Positions 9,827 to 18,647 are shown, numbered from the stretch's first letter. The stretch is 64,000 bases of DNA from Candidatus Cloacimonadales bacterium (GCA_963674825.1 OY771587.1:2496001-2560000), one strand, 5' to 3'. The notes: generated from the letters alone by a model not told the origin. Made by a program: numbers and translations.

Positions 9827-9859
9827 AGCGGGGACTGATTGCAGTCCCCGCTTTTTTTT
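9827..9859 (+). terminator. Intrinsic terminator
   Basis: AGCGGGGACTG-attg-CAGTCCCCGCT followed by a T run. Confidence 0.9.
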
Positions 9860-9888
9860 ACCCAAACAGCCATTTACGAATGAGGTCC

Positions 9889-10065
9889 AAACGCGCTCGT
9901 CCAATGGGTGGGTGGGCTGATTCGCTTTCTATGGAAGGGAATTTGCCCGGAATTTCCATTGCTCTCATGCTTGTTGCTGGGAGGGTTTCGGATGAGGCCC
10001 TCGGTATTTTAGCAAATTCCATTACATAGAAAGCGGATCGGGACCGCAATCTCTCGAGCGCGTTT
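9889..10065 (+). ncRNA. Candidate rod-shaped structured ncRNA (6S-like architecture or novel)
   Basis: Nested inverted repeats 9889-9899/10055-10065, 9917-9933/10025-10041, 9938-9946/10012-10020 and hairpin 9981-10002; non-Watson-Crick pairs in the 17-bp stem and apical hairpin are G-U only on the plus strand. Confidence 0.5.
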
Positions 10066-10185
10066 CAACGAATACCTTCAATGTCTCTCATTCAACAAAA
10101 ACAACCTTAATCCATACTCAAGAGCTTTAACTTGCGGAAAGTAATCTTCATGTATAACATGAGATATAAAGTTTTAACTTTTTGC

Positions 10186-10214
10186 TTGACAACTAATTGG
10201 GTTTTCCGTATAGT
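10186..10214 (+). promoter_or_regulatory. sigma70 promoter of the virion operon
   Basis: TTGACA-17nt-TATAGT; palindromes TCATGT-ata-ACATGA and AAAGTT-tt-AACTTT just upstream. Confidence 0.8.
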
Positions 10215-10360
10215 GTTCACGAATATCAAGTGAGTGATCCCGGTGCCATACACCGTAAAAAATGAAGCGTTACAACTTACGATCCGATGAGGATCAACAC
10301 ATCCAAACAAAATCAAACAATTCCAAGCTGACAGAACAGCGACACAAAATGGAGGGAACA

Positions 10361-10927
10361 ATGTCATTACAGGAATTATTCGAGAAGTATTCCGTGGATA
10401 ATCAAGAGCTCATAACCGAAATGCAGGCATTCATCGATCAAGCGCTGACAGACAAAGGTGAGAACCATATCCCGAAATCCCGTCTGGATGAAGTGATCGC
10501 GCAGCGCAACGAGCTTCGTGAGGAACTTCAAATGAAAGAGCGGGAGCTCAATGGTTACGTTAACAGGCTGGGGCAGTTCGAACAGATCGATATCCAGTCG
10601 CTTCAGGAAGAGAAAGCGAAGCTTCAAGCTGTAGTGGACGAAATCCGCCGTAAAGAATGGGAACAGTACAGCCGATTCCTCGATGTTCCAGAAAACCACC
10701 CGCACTATGACAGGATGCTGCGTATTCGCGATGATTTCAAGTTCGGAACCGATACTGAACCGCTCACAGGAGAGGATATCCACCACAATCTGCAGGCAAT
10801 CAAGCCCTATCTCAAAGCAGGATACTTCACGAATGGACACGACTTCGACAACACCCGTCCAGTCCAGGGGATCAAGCCCCGCAAGCGGACGGATCTAACC
10901 GACATGTTCAAGGCATTTGGAGGGTAA
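10361..10927 (+). CDS. Capsid scaffolding protein
   Basis: GGAGG RBS; HIPKSRLDEVIAQRNEL scaffold-type motif and coiled coil; directly upstream of the capsid gene. Confidence 0.75.
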   Translation: MSLQELFEKYSVDNQELITEMQAFIDQALTDKGENHIPKSRLDEVIAQRNELREELQMKERELNGYVNRLGQFEQIDIQSLQEEKAKLQAVVDEIRRKEWEQYSRFLDVPENHPHYDRMLRIRDDFKFGTDTEPLTGEDIHHNLQAIKPYLKAGYFTNGHDFDNTRPVQGIKPRKRTDLTDMFKAFGG

Positions 10928-11887
10928 ATGGCAAGTGCAACACTCATGAAGCTGGCTGCTGCGTATAACGTACCAAACCAGACAGCGATCATCGATTCGC
11001 TCATTCGCGAATCCGGAATTCTGGAAACCATGCCGTTCATCAAGGCGACCCACGGCATATACCACAAGTACAAACTCAAGCAGGAGCTCCCGGGCGGAGG
11101 ATTCCGCAGCGTGAATGGCTCCATAATCCCGCACACTACCGAAGACGTGGTGCTTCAGGAAGATCTCAAGATACTCACCGACATCCAGCAGGAAGACAAA
11201 GCGATCTGTGAGAGCTACCCTGGTGGAGTCGAAAAATACTTCGCTGACGAACTTCCTGCATTCGTAGAGGGACTCGGGCAAACTGCCGCACGCCAACTCG
11301 TATACGGCACCGACTCGACTTTCGGTGACGAAGAGGGCTTCAAGGGCCTCCGTCAGCATGCGGTTAAGAACGGCAACACCATCGACGCCACCGGTACATC
11401 GGGCAACAGAACCACCATCCTGGCAGTTCGCTGGAAAGCTGGAAGCTGCTGCGGTCTGTTCAATGAAAACGCCTTCTCGGATGGCAACCTGATCACCGTA
11501 CGTCCGCTTAACAACGGCAACCCGGTAATGGTTGTGGTCAATACAGCTACCGGCGCAGTCAAGCCTGTCTATCAGGCACTCTACGAAGCGTATATGGGAC
11601 TCCTGTGCGCGACCAGCGACAATGTCGCAGCATACGTCTCCATTCAGGACGCTACAGGCAAGAAGCCGACTGCGGGTAACATGGACAAGCTGATAGACAT
11701 GGTTCGCGGAAGCGTTAGCGATACCTTCATCTACTGCAACCGCACCGGTCGCAGACTGCTTTGGGAACTCAAGGAAAGCAAGATGCAGGTTTCCAGCGCC
11801 GACACAGACTACAACCGCCTGATCGAACGCTGGAACGGAATCCCGGTCGTTCTCGAAGAAAACATCTCATCCACCGAAACCATTTAG
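10928..11887 (+). CDS. Major capsid protein (HK97 fold, BPP-1 Bbp17/epsilon15 gp7-like)
   Basis: IIDSL..ILETMPF..H.Y....LP...FR.VN, LVYG......FKGL, IDATGT....TI....W, FIYCNR, RWNGIPV....IS.TET. Confidence 0.85.
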   Translation: MASATLMKLAAAYNVPNQTAIIDSLIRESGILETMPFIKATHGIYHKYKLKQELPGGGFRSVNGSIIPHTTEDVVLQEDLKILTDIQQEDKAICESYPGGVEKYFADELPAFVEGLGQTAARQLVYGTDSTFGDEEGFKGLRQHAVKNGNTIDATGTSGNRTTILAVRWKAGSCCGLFNENAFSDGNLITVRPLNNGNPVMVVVNTATGAVKPVYQALYEAYMGLLCATSDNVAAYVSIQDATGKKPTAGNMDKLIDMVRGSVSDTFIYCNRTGRRLLWELKESKMQVSSADTDYNRLIERWNGIPVVLEENISSTETI

Positions 11888-11896
11888 GAGTAAACC

Positions 11897-12352
11897 ATGA
11901 GCAAATACTACGGCTATCAGGTAGATGAAAACATGATCCTTTCGGATGCTCAGGCGGTATTCGACGGGACGGGAATGGATTCAAGCAACATCCGCTACGC
12001 AGGCAACAGCGGCGGTTTGGTGGAAATTCGCGTTTATGCGAACACCGCGATCACGATCGCTACAGACGAGATCCTCAAAATCGAACTCGAGTGCTACTCG
12101 TCTCAGACCGCTGCCAGCGCGGCGCCACCGTTCAAAAACAGCGCCAGCGGCTGGGTCGATGACGCCCATTTCTATATGCTGTATAAAGATGCCAGCGATG
12201 ACGGGCTGTCGTTCAGCGCAGGTGACCTCATCACCGCAATGGTGATTCCCGAAGGTCTGCTGCGGGATCGACCTTACGTGCAGCTCAAGTACGCGACCAC
12301 CACCAGCGACTCATCTCAGAAAGTCGACGCGTTCCTGCACGTTCTCGCGTAG
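11897..12352 (+). CDS. Capsid cement/decoration protein (Bbp16-like)
   Basis: N-terminal VDENMILSDAQAV..SSNI and C-terminal IP....RPYVQLKY.....KVDAFL resemble the Bbp16 jelly-roll; follows the capsid gene. Confidence 0.7.
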   Translation: MSKYYGYQVDENMILSDAQAVFDGTGMDSSNIRYAGNSGGLVEIRVYANTAITIATDEILKIELECYSSQTAASAAPPFKNSASGWVDDAHFYMLYKDASDDGLSFSAGDLITAMVIPEGLLRDRPYVQLKYATTTSDSSQKVDAFLHVLA

Positions 12353-12358
12353 CAAATC

Positions 12359-12381
12359 CGGGGAGGGGGAAACCTCTCCCC
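12359..12381 (+). terminator. GC-rich GAAA-loop hairpin after the capsid genes (mRNA stabiliser or weak terminator)
   Basis: GGGGAGGGG-gaaa-CCTCTCCCC, no U-tract. Confidence 0.5.
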
Positions 12382-12406
12382 ATATCTTGATAAAAGGAGA
12401 CATATA

Positions 12407-13144
12407 ATGGCTTGGGCAAATGCTGTGCTTTCAACACCAAATTCAATCGCGCGGATCGACGCTGAGGTGAATATTCTCGCCGGTGGGACCGTTCATCAGT
12501 GCTATAAAGGCGACGGCGCTAGCAGCATCGATTTCCCGGACGAAGTTGCCCGTATCGAGTGGTACGATCCCGATGGCAACGTGACCAGCGTCGACTTGTC
12601 AGTAACCTGGATCGTTCCCGAAGACACATACGTCTTTCGCATCGTGGGCTACGGGATTGACGACACCAGAATTAGCGAATACAATTGCGACGAAGGCGTA
12701 GAATTGGTTGCACTGGATGTCAGCGGAAACGGCTATCATGCAGAGCTTGATTCCACCTCGCTTCACGCGACCTACACAGTTCCTGCCAACTGGCTCGATA
12801 AGATCGCTATGGCGAAGAAGATCATCGGAAGGAGACTGGAAAATCAGCTCTCATCGCAGGGGTATAACGTCGATGAAAGCTCGGGAAAGGCACTACTCGA
12901 TATCGTGGCCAACCCCGAATTGTTCGACATCTGCAGCGACTACCTTACCCTTCACCTGATTTACACCGACCTGGCAAATGCGATGGGACGTGAGATGTAT
13001 TGGACCAAAGCTGAATTCTACCATCGTGTCTTCAAAGACCACTTCGATGTCGCTTCAAAAGCGGTTAATCTGGATACAACGCTCGACGGCGCGGTAGACC
13101 GCTATCGCGCCAATGTTTTCTCGACCACCCGGCACAAACGATAG
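12407..13144 (+). CDS. Putative head-tail adaptor with inserted beta (LamG-like) segment
   Basis: Position after head genes; helical C-terminus ..YLTLHLIY..YWTKAEFY..D...DG..D; insert YNCDEG....LDVSGNGYH. Confidence 0.55.
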   Translation: MAWANAVLSTPNSIARIDAEVNILAGGTVHQCYKGDGASSIDFPDEVARIEWYDPDGNVTSVDLSVTWIVPEDTYVFRIVGYGIDDTRISEYNCDEGVELVALDVSGNGYHAELDSTSLHATYTVPANWLDKIAMAKKIIGRRLENQLSSQGYNVDESSGKALLDIVANPELFDICSDYLTLHLIYTDLANAMGREMYWTKAEFYHRVFKDHFDVASKAVNLDTTLDGAVDRYRANVFSTTRHKR

Positions 13145-13153
13145 GACAACACT

Positions 13154-13606
13154 ATGCACGTATATCAAAATGAAGTACTCAACTGGATGAAAGATACCCT
13201 GAAAAGCGGCGACCAATTCGCATACGTGGGCGATTTCCCGGATGACATCGATCGCTTCGGCAGAAACCTCCCGGCTATCCTGGTTCAAGACGGCGACCAG
13301 CCGGAGTTTGTCATGATGTCAGGCGGACAGATTCGCTACACCTACGAAGTCAACGTCTGGCTTTACCACAAACCGGGGCAGAATCGCGTCATCAACATGA
13401 ATGTTCTGAGCGACCTGGTGATCGAGAAGATCCTCGGTGCGGCTGGCATCGCAGACTATGTTTTCAACCTTGAAACCGTGTCAGTCGAGAAAGGCGAAGC
13501 CCATGGAGAATCGACTGACTACCTGGCCCCGGGAATCTATAACAACCTTACCATTCGGAAGATCGGGTTCAGAATGCAAATCCTCGACACCCGAACCGAT
13601 GACTGA
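13154..13606 (+). CDS. Putative tail terminator/completion protein
   Basis: 150 aa, LPAILV motif, directly upstream of the tail tube. Confidence 0.6.
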   Translation: MHVYQNEVLNWMKDTLKSGDQFAYVGDFPDDIDRFGRNLPAILVQDGDQPEFVMMSGGQIRYTYEVNVWLYHKPGQNRVINMNVLSDLVIEKILGAAGIADYVFNLETVSVEKGEAHGESTDYLAPGIYNNLTIRKIGFRMQILDTRTDD

Positions 13607-13620
13607 CAACTGGAGGACGT

Positions 13621-14577
13621 ATGTGCGCATATCGATATGGATATAAATATCTGGTGACACTGTTCAAGGAGCAGGACTCAGGCACGGGCAGCGGCTACGG
13701 CAACTATGCCGGTGACTACAGCTCAGCCGACAGAATTCTGGCCAGCGCAATCGAGATGAAACCGACACGTGAAGCGATCACCGTTCGCGCCAAGACCGAC
13801 ACCCTGGAGCCACGAGGTTCCGAGATGCTGGCTGGTCGCAAAGGCGGTACAGTTACACTGCGTGGGGAATTGACCTATCTTCACGATATCATGTTGCAGG
13901 GGCTCTTCTCAAAGAACACCTCGCCTTATCAGGTTCAGAATGTGAAGAATCCCTATTCCTATGAAATCCATCAGTTTTTCACCGACGACAAGAAGGGGAA
14001 TGTCGCTACCGGCTGTGTGCTGGAGAGTCTCAACATCTCCGGCGAGAGCAGCGGTGCGGTGAACTTCGAGGCTGTCTTCCGCGCTCGTACCATTGAAACG
14101 GAAGTTGATCTGGCAACCGGCGATTATGCTGCTTACGGAATTATTGCAACGCCTTCCGCGAAGACATTCCTGGTCGGTGATATTCAGTCGATTAACCTGT
14201 TCGACTCCTCATACAGTTCGTTTAACACGTTCAGCCTGGCACTTTCGAATCGTTTTGTGAACGACAACGCATTGTACCAGAATTCCTTCGTTAAGCAACG
14301 TGAGTTGCTCGAGGCGTTCAGCGGCGAAGCGACCTTTGATACCAACTACGATTCCACGAATGGCTGGTTTGAAGACGAACTGATCTCTCCGGATGTGGCG
14401 GTGGGCAATATCGATTTCACCATGTCCGACGGAACGCATCACTGGGCGGTGGAGACCAACGGTAAGATCACCGGCGTCAATCCAGCAGATCCCGAGCGGC
14501 AGATCTTCAACATGTCGGCAACGGTACAATTGATGGCGGATAACACCAATCCGTCAGTCAAGATCACCATCTCGTGA
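13621..14577 (+). CDS. Tail tube protein (non-contractile type)
   Basis: Beta-rich, 318 aa; GR..GTVTL.GEL, ATGCVLESLNISG, FSLALSN; position before the chaperone and tape measure. Confidence 0.7.
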   Translation: MCAYRYGYKYLVTLFKEQDSGTGSGYGNYAGDYSSADRILASAIEMKPTREAITVRAKTDTLEPRGSEMLAGRKGGTVTLRGELTYLHDIMLQGLFSKNTSPYQVQNVKNPYSYEIHQFFTDDKKGNVATGCVLESLNISGESSGAVNFEAVFRARTIETEVDLATGDYAAYGIIATPSAKTFLVGDIQSINLFDSSYSSFNTFSLALSNRFVNDNALYQNSFVKQRELLEAFSGEATFDTNYDSTNGWFEDELISPDVAVGNIDFTMSDGTHHWAVETNGKITGVNPADPERQIFNMSATVQLMADNTNPSVKITIS

Positions 14578-14584
14578 GGACACG

Positions 14585-14986
14585 ATGAGCGATAAAATCA
14601 AGAACTGCTTCGAAGATCATGGCGCGGCGTTGACCCGTGAGGTCTTTTTCGACGGTGAGCGAATCGCAACAATTCGCGCGCTGAGGCCACTCGACCGTGA
14701 CGCGTTGCTTCCGTTCATGGGTAAGCTCAGCTTCAACGGTGAAGAACCTGTCTACGAGGGCATTCAGCCCGAAGCGCTACGCCTGGCAAAGATCGTTCTG
14801 GCGTTGGGCGGAGAGCTCGACGGAAGAAGACACCAGGTGGATCGTGAAGGATGGATATTCGAGCGATCCGTTACACTGGAGAGCGTAAATCTGCTTCGGG
14901 AAGACATCCGGGATGCGCTCTGGCATGAGATTGTCGCGATGGAAGAAGATTTCAGGCAGAACCGCGAGGCGATCCGAAAAAACTGA
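14585..14986 (+). CDS. Tail assembly chaperone (lambda G-like)
   Basis: Lies between tube and tape measure; ends CGA AAA AAC TGA (slippery A AAA AAC). Confidence 0.75.
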   Translation: MSDKIKNCFEDHGAALTREVFFDGERIATIRALRPLDRDALLPFMGKLSFNGEEPVYEGIQPEALRLAKIVLALGGELDGRRHQVDREGWIFERSVTLESVNLLREDIRDALWHEIVAMEEDFRQNREAIRKN

Positions 14987-15330
14987 CACGCGCCCTCCGG
15001 TTGATGATCTATTCGGGTGATCGCTGGGAGGGCATGATTCAAGGGTATGCGGGTGAGAGAACATTCTGCGGTTATTGCCGGATGCATCGGACGTGCAGAA
15101 GGGAGCGCGCCGGAAATCCGTTTCCGAAGGTTTTACCGGGAGTGCGGATGGTGCTGGATTACCTGATTGAAAACGCCCGTGGCGTGGTGCACTATCCCTG
15201 GGATGGCGATCACCGCCGGCAACCACAGTGGTTTATGGAACTCTACGCACTCGCGGAGAGATTGCAGCGAGAAACGATGACAGAGAAGCTTCAACGGGGG
15301 CAAAATGAAACGAAACACAACATGGGATAA
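14983..15330 (+). CDS. Tail assembly chaperone extension (lambda T-like), expressed by -1 frameshift
   Basis: The -1 frame is open from the slippery site; YPWDG...QPQWF motif. Confidence 0.7.
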   Translation: MTRALRLMIYSGDRWEGMIQGYAGERTFCGYCRMHRTCRRERAGNPFPKVLPGVRMVLDYLIENARGVVHYPWDGDHRRQPQWFMELYALAERLQRETMTEKLQRGQNETKHNMG

Positions 15331-16390
15331 CCAGACGTTCACCGATGCGAATCGTAACGTCAGTACGCTCAATGGCGCGCTGGGCAATACCGATCAGCTT
15401 CTGAAAACCCTTCAGAAGACAATCGATTCGGCGCGAAGCTCGATGGATTCCTTCGGTAGCTCGTCGCGAAAAATGCTGCCCGGGAAATCGGCGATGGCGA
15501 CCTTGCGCGAAAACCACCAGCAAAATCTGGATTGGATGCACGAAGAAGCCAGAACCCGCGAAGAACTCGATTTGAGCGCGATGGAGAGCCAGAAACAGCA
15601 ACAGCAGGTGATGCTTGATACCTTGCGTAACTCGCTGGATCTGAGCTCCGATATGCAGTATTCGGAGTATCTGAAGTTGCAGGAAATGGCGATCGAGCAC
15701 CAGAGCGCCAGCACCGCCATCATGGAATATTACACCAAGGAGCGCAACGACATTCGCCAGAAGGAGCTCAAGCGAGAGTTGGCACGTCAGAAAGAGCTAC
15801 TTTCCGGTACAGCGGATATGTTTGGCGATATGGCCGACATCGCCCGGGCATACGGGCGAGACGGATTCGAGGCGTGGAAACGGCTCTCGATGGTACAAGC
15901 GGTTTTGGATGGCTTGCAAGCCGTGCAGTCCGCATACGCCTGGGGAATGAAATACGGTGGCGCGGCAGCTCCGTTCGTGGCAGCAGCTGCGGCTGCTGTG
16001 GCGACAGCCAAGACAGCGGCAAACGTCGCGGAGATAGAGGCCCAAACATACGCTTATGGTGGCTATGTGTCAGGCCCCGGTAGCGGGACATCCGATTCGA
16101 TTCCGGCTTTCTTGAGCAACGGTGAGTACGTGGTTAACGCGCAAGCGGCAAGCGGGAATCTCGATCTGCTGCACGCGATCAACCACGGCAGCACTGGCAG
16201 CCTCGGAGAAAAGCTCGACCGGATATCATCACAGCTTCGTGCGCTCAACATCAACCTGATCAAGAAAGAATTCAGCGTCCGTACAGGCAGCGGTCGCGAC
16301 AGCGAAACCATTGTCGCGCAAATCGATGCGGTCAGGCAACGACTCACCCTTGGAGGCTACGATGGCTCAGGTGAAAATCTGGCATTATAG
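15305..16390 (+). CDS. Short tape measure protein (361 aa)
   Basis: Coiled-coil, Ala-rich hydrophobic segment, YAYGGYVSGPGSGTSDSIPAFLSNGEYVVNA motif typical of tape measure C-termini. Confidence 0.85.
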   Translation: MKRNTTWDNQTFTDANRNVSTLNGALGNTDQLLKTLQKTIDSARSSMDSFGSSSRKMLPGKSAMATLRENHQQNLDWMHEEARTREELDLSAMESQKQQQQVMLDTLRNSLDLSSDMQYSEYLKLQEMAIEHQSASTAIMEYYTKERNDIRQKELKRELARQKELLSGTADMFGDMADIARAYGRDGFEAWKRLSMVQAVLDGLQAVQSAYAWGMKYGGAAAPFVAAAAAAVATAKTAANVAEIEAQTYAYGGYVSGPGSGTSDSIPAFLSNGEYVVNAQAASGNLDLLHAINHGSTGSLGEKLDRISSQLRALNINLIKKEFSVRTGSGRDSETIVAQIDAVRQRLTLGGYDGSGENLAL

Positions 16391-18134
16391 AGACCACCAC
16401 AACGGCGCGAAGTTTGATGGCAATGTCTATGTCAATAGCAACGTCGCGCTTGATGCAGCCGATCTCATCACGCCGGTTCGGTGCCGATTTCGCTTTGCCG
16501 AGTTCGGGATGGGTGTCAGCGTGAAAAGCGTGTGGGGTGTTGGCAACGGAGACGATGCCTGGTCGCTGAAAGTATATTCGACGGGTGGAAAGTATCATCT
16601 GCGTATCCGCTTTCTGGATACGGATTACGATTATACGGATTTGGACCTTAACACCGACGAGATCTACAATGTGAGTATCTATCTGATTGCGACACCGGCA
16701 ATCGTTCTGGATGTACGCGACCGGTACAATAATCCTGTTTACAGCGAAACGCGTGCATCTACATCGTCAGGTACGCTGACAACATCGAATTTGTTTATTG
16801 GCGCGACCAGCGACAGCTCCGGCAATCCGCAGCAGAAGTTCACGGGTACACTGTTCGATTTCTGGTACTACAAGTCTTCAACGCACCGTAAGTTGGTGTT
16901 TTACAAGAACTACGGCGGAGTTGGCGACGCCACGATCAAGGATTTCTTTGGAAACAGGAACGCGGCTGTCTGTGGGACAATTCCAATCGATTTCTGGTCT
17001 GCAAAGACGGATATCTCCGGGGGTATCACCGATATCTCGCCGCTCAAGCACGAGACGGACAGCTATCGCACGCCGGTTCTCACGGATATGTCGTTTACCT
17101 GGTACGGCGAGCAGGACATCCGAATCAACGACACCATCGGAATCGAGGATCCAGTCTCCGGTAAGCAGAACTGGTTTTACCGTGTCTATCGAACCGAGGA
17201 GCAGGATCAAGGATTGATGCGGATCTACTGTGAGAGCATCTTCACCGCGCTCGATCAGGTTCGTTCTGATAGTTTTCTGAACAGCACCAATACATTCACC
17301 ACCACGCGTATCGACTGGTGGAGCAACTACTCTCCGGAATTCTTTACGGGCTCGAATTACGATTCAACAGAATACTATTACGATGCTGGAGTGAGCTCAC
17401 GAAGATGGATTACTCCGATCTTTATCTTCAAGAGCGTGCTGCATTTTCTGCAATACGACAACCTCCTTGCCGTTGACGTAACACAGATTGCAAACACGCT
17501 GTCGGACTTCAGCGATTCCGCATACACGCTCTACTACAAGTGGTTTGCTATTAGCCACTACTCTGTGCGCTTCGCAGGACGGGCAAACAAGGACGACAAT
17601 GACAGCGCCGATATGTCGACGCTACTGCGGGAACTGCTTCTCGTGCTACGGCTGACGTTCTTCATCAATGATGCTGTGGTGACCTATCGTAAGGTGAGTT
17701 ATGGAACAACCGCAATCGCAAACGACGAAAGTTTCGATTACCGGCAGAACATCGAGACGCAGAGAAAGTTCTTCCAGATCAATCAGACTCGGCTGGCAAC
17801 AGGGACGGATTATTGGGATAGCTGGACATCGGACGACTCTGAGGAAATCTCAGTCAGCAATATCAGTAGCTCCTACAAGGTACGGAATTCCGTCATCGAT
17901 GTGAACCTGACAGATCACTTCATCATCCAACGTCACGGTAGCACCAGTAATGCGATTGCGGAGATTGTACCATCGTTTTTAGAGCAGTTGGCCAATACGA
18001 TGGATTGTTCGTTTCGACGCGATATCGCTTACCGCAACGTGAAGACAGGCCTCACTGTAGATATGAACGAAACCTACGTCAGAAAAATCGACGACCTTGT
18101 GAACCAGACATCAGAAATCAAGCAGGAGGTTTGA
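16362..18134 (+). CDS. Tail tip/hub protein with N-terminal LamG-like domain
   Basis: GGAGG RBS; LFIGA......KFTGTLFDFWYY LamG-like motif; follows the tape measure. Confidence 0.55.
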   Translation: MAQVKIWHYRDHHNGAKFDGNVYVNSNVALDAADLITPVRCRFRFAEFGMGVSVKSVWGVGNGDDAWSLKVYSTGGKYHLRIRFLDTDYDYTDLDLNTDEIYNVSIYLIATPAIVLDVRDRYNNPVYSETRASTSSGTLTTSNLFIGATSDSSGNPQQKFTGTLFDFWYYKSSTHRKLVFYKNYGGVGDATIKDFFGNRNAAVCGTIPIDFWSAKTDISGGITDISPLKHETDSYRTPVLTDMSFTWYGEQDIRINDTIGIEDPVSGKQNWFYRVYRTEEQDQGLMRIYCESIFTALDQVRSDSFLNSTNTFTTTRIDWWSNYSPEFFTGSNYDSTEYYYDAGVSSRRWITPIFIFKSVLHFLQYDNLLAVDVTQIANTLSDFSDSAYTLYYKWFAISHYSVRFAGRANKDDNDSADMSTLLRELLLVLRLTFFINDAVVTYRKVSYGTTAIANDESFDYRQNIETQRKFFQINQTRLATGTDYWDSWTSDDSEEISVSNISSSYKVRNSVIDVNLTDHFIIQRHGSTSNAIAEIVPSFLEQLANTMDCSFRRDIAYRNVKTGLTVDMNETYVRKIDDLVNQTSEIKQEV

Positions 18135-18168
18135 CGGATGAAACGCTATCCGGGAGAAGGAGGATTCT

Positions 18169-18618
18169 ATGGCATATTGGGGTAACGAAGCTCCCGTCAT
18201 ATACTACGGGACAGCGTATGGTTCCAGCTGGGACCTCGCTGAAGAAGACTGCAACTTCGAATATTCATGGTTGAAAGACCGGGTATTTCACACATCGGTG
18301 ATCACGGGTAAGGTCTCGGTTTATGAGAAGGCATCCAGTGCTAATTACGGCAGGATGCAGGCCGAGATCGTCATCTACAACCTCGATCGCGACTCAATGA
18401 ACATCTTTAAAGCATTACGGGATCAGGAGACGCTCAAGCTGTGTATCCACGGGGACGTAACCGGTACCAACGGATGGGATGTAATCTTCGTTGTGGAAAA
18501 ATACCAATCGTTCGCAACAGGTGAAAGTGGCCTTCCGTATCCACAATACGACAGCGTCTATCTCAAGTTGATCAGTCAGGACTATATAGATCTGAAAAAT
18601 ATCGCGTTAACCACTTGA
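18169..18618 (+). CDS. Putative distal tail protein
   Basis: AGGAGG RBS; 149 aa beta-rich; position in the tail module. Confidence 0.45.
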   Translation: MAYWGNEAPVIYYGTAYGSSWDLAEEDCNFEYSWLKDRVFHTSVITGKVSVYEKASSANYGRMQAEIVIYNLDRDSMNIFKALRDQETLKLCIHGDVTGTNGWDVIFVVEKYQSFATGESGLPYPQYDSVYLKLISQDYIDLKNIALTT

Positions 18619-18647
18619 TATCAATCATAAAAAAAGCAGGAGGGAAC

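Noticed and set aside
9889..10065. Retron msr-msd
   Set aside because: Terminal inverted repeats exist but there is no reverse transcriptase nearby
10928..11887. Encapsulin nanocompartment
   Set aside because: Accompanied by scaffold, cement and a full tail module rather than cargo enzymes
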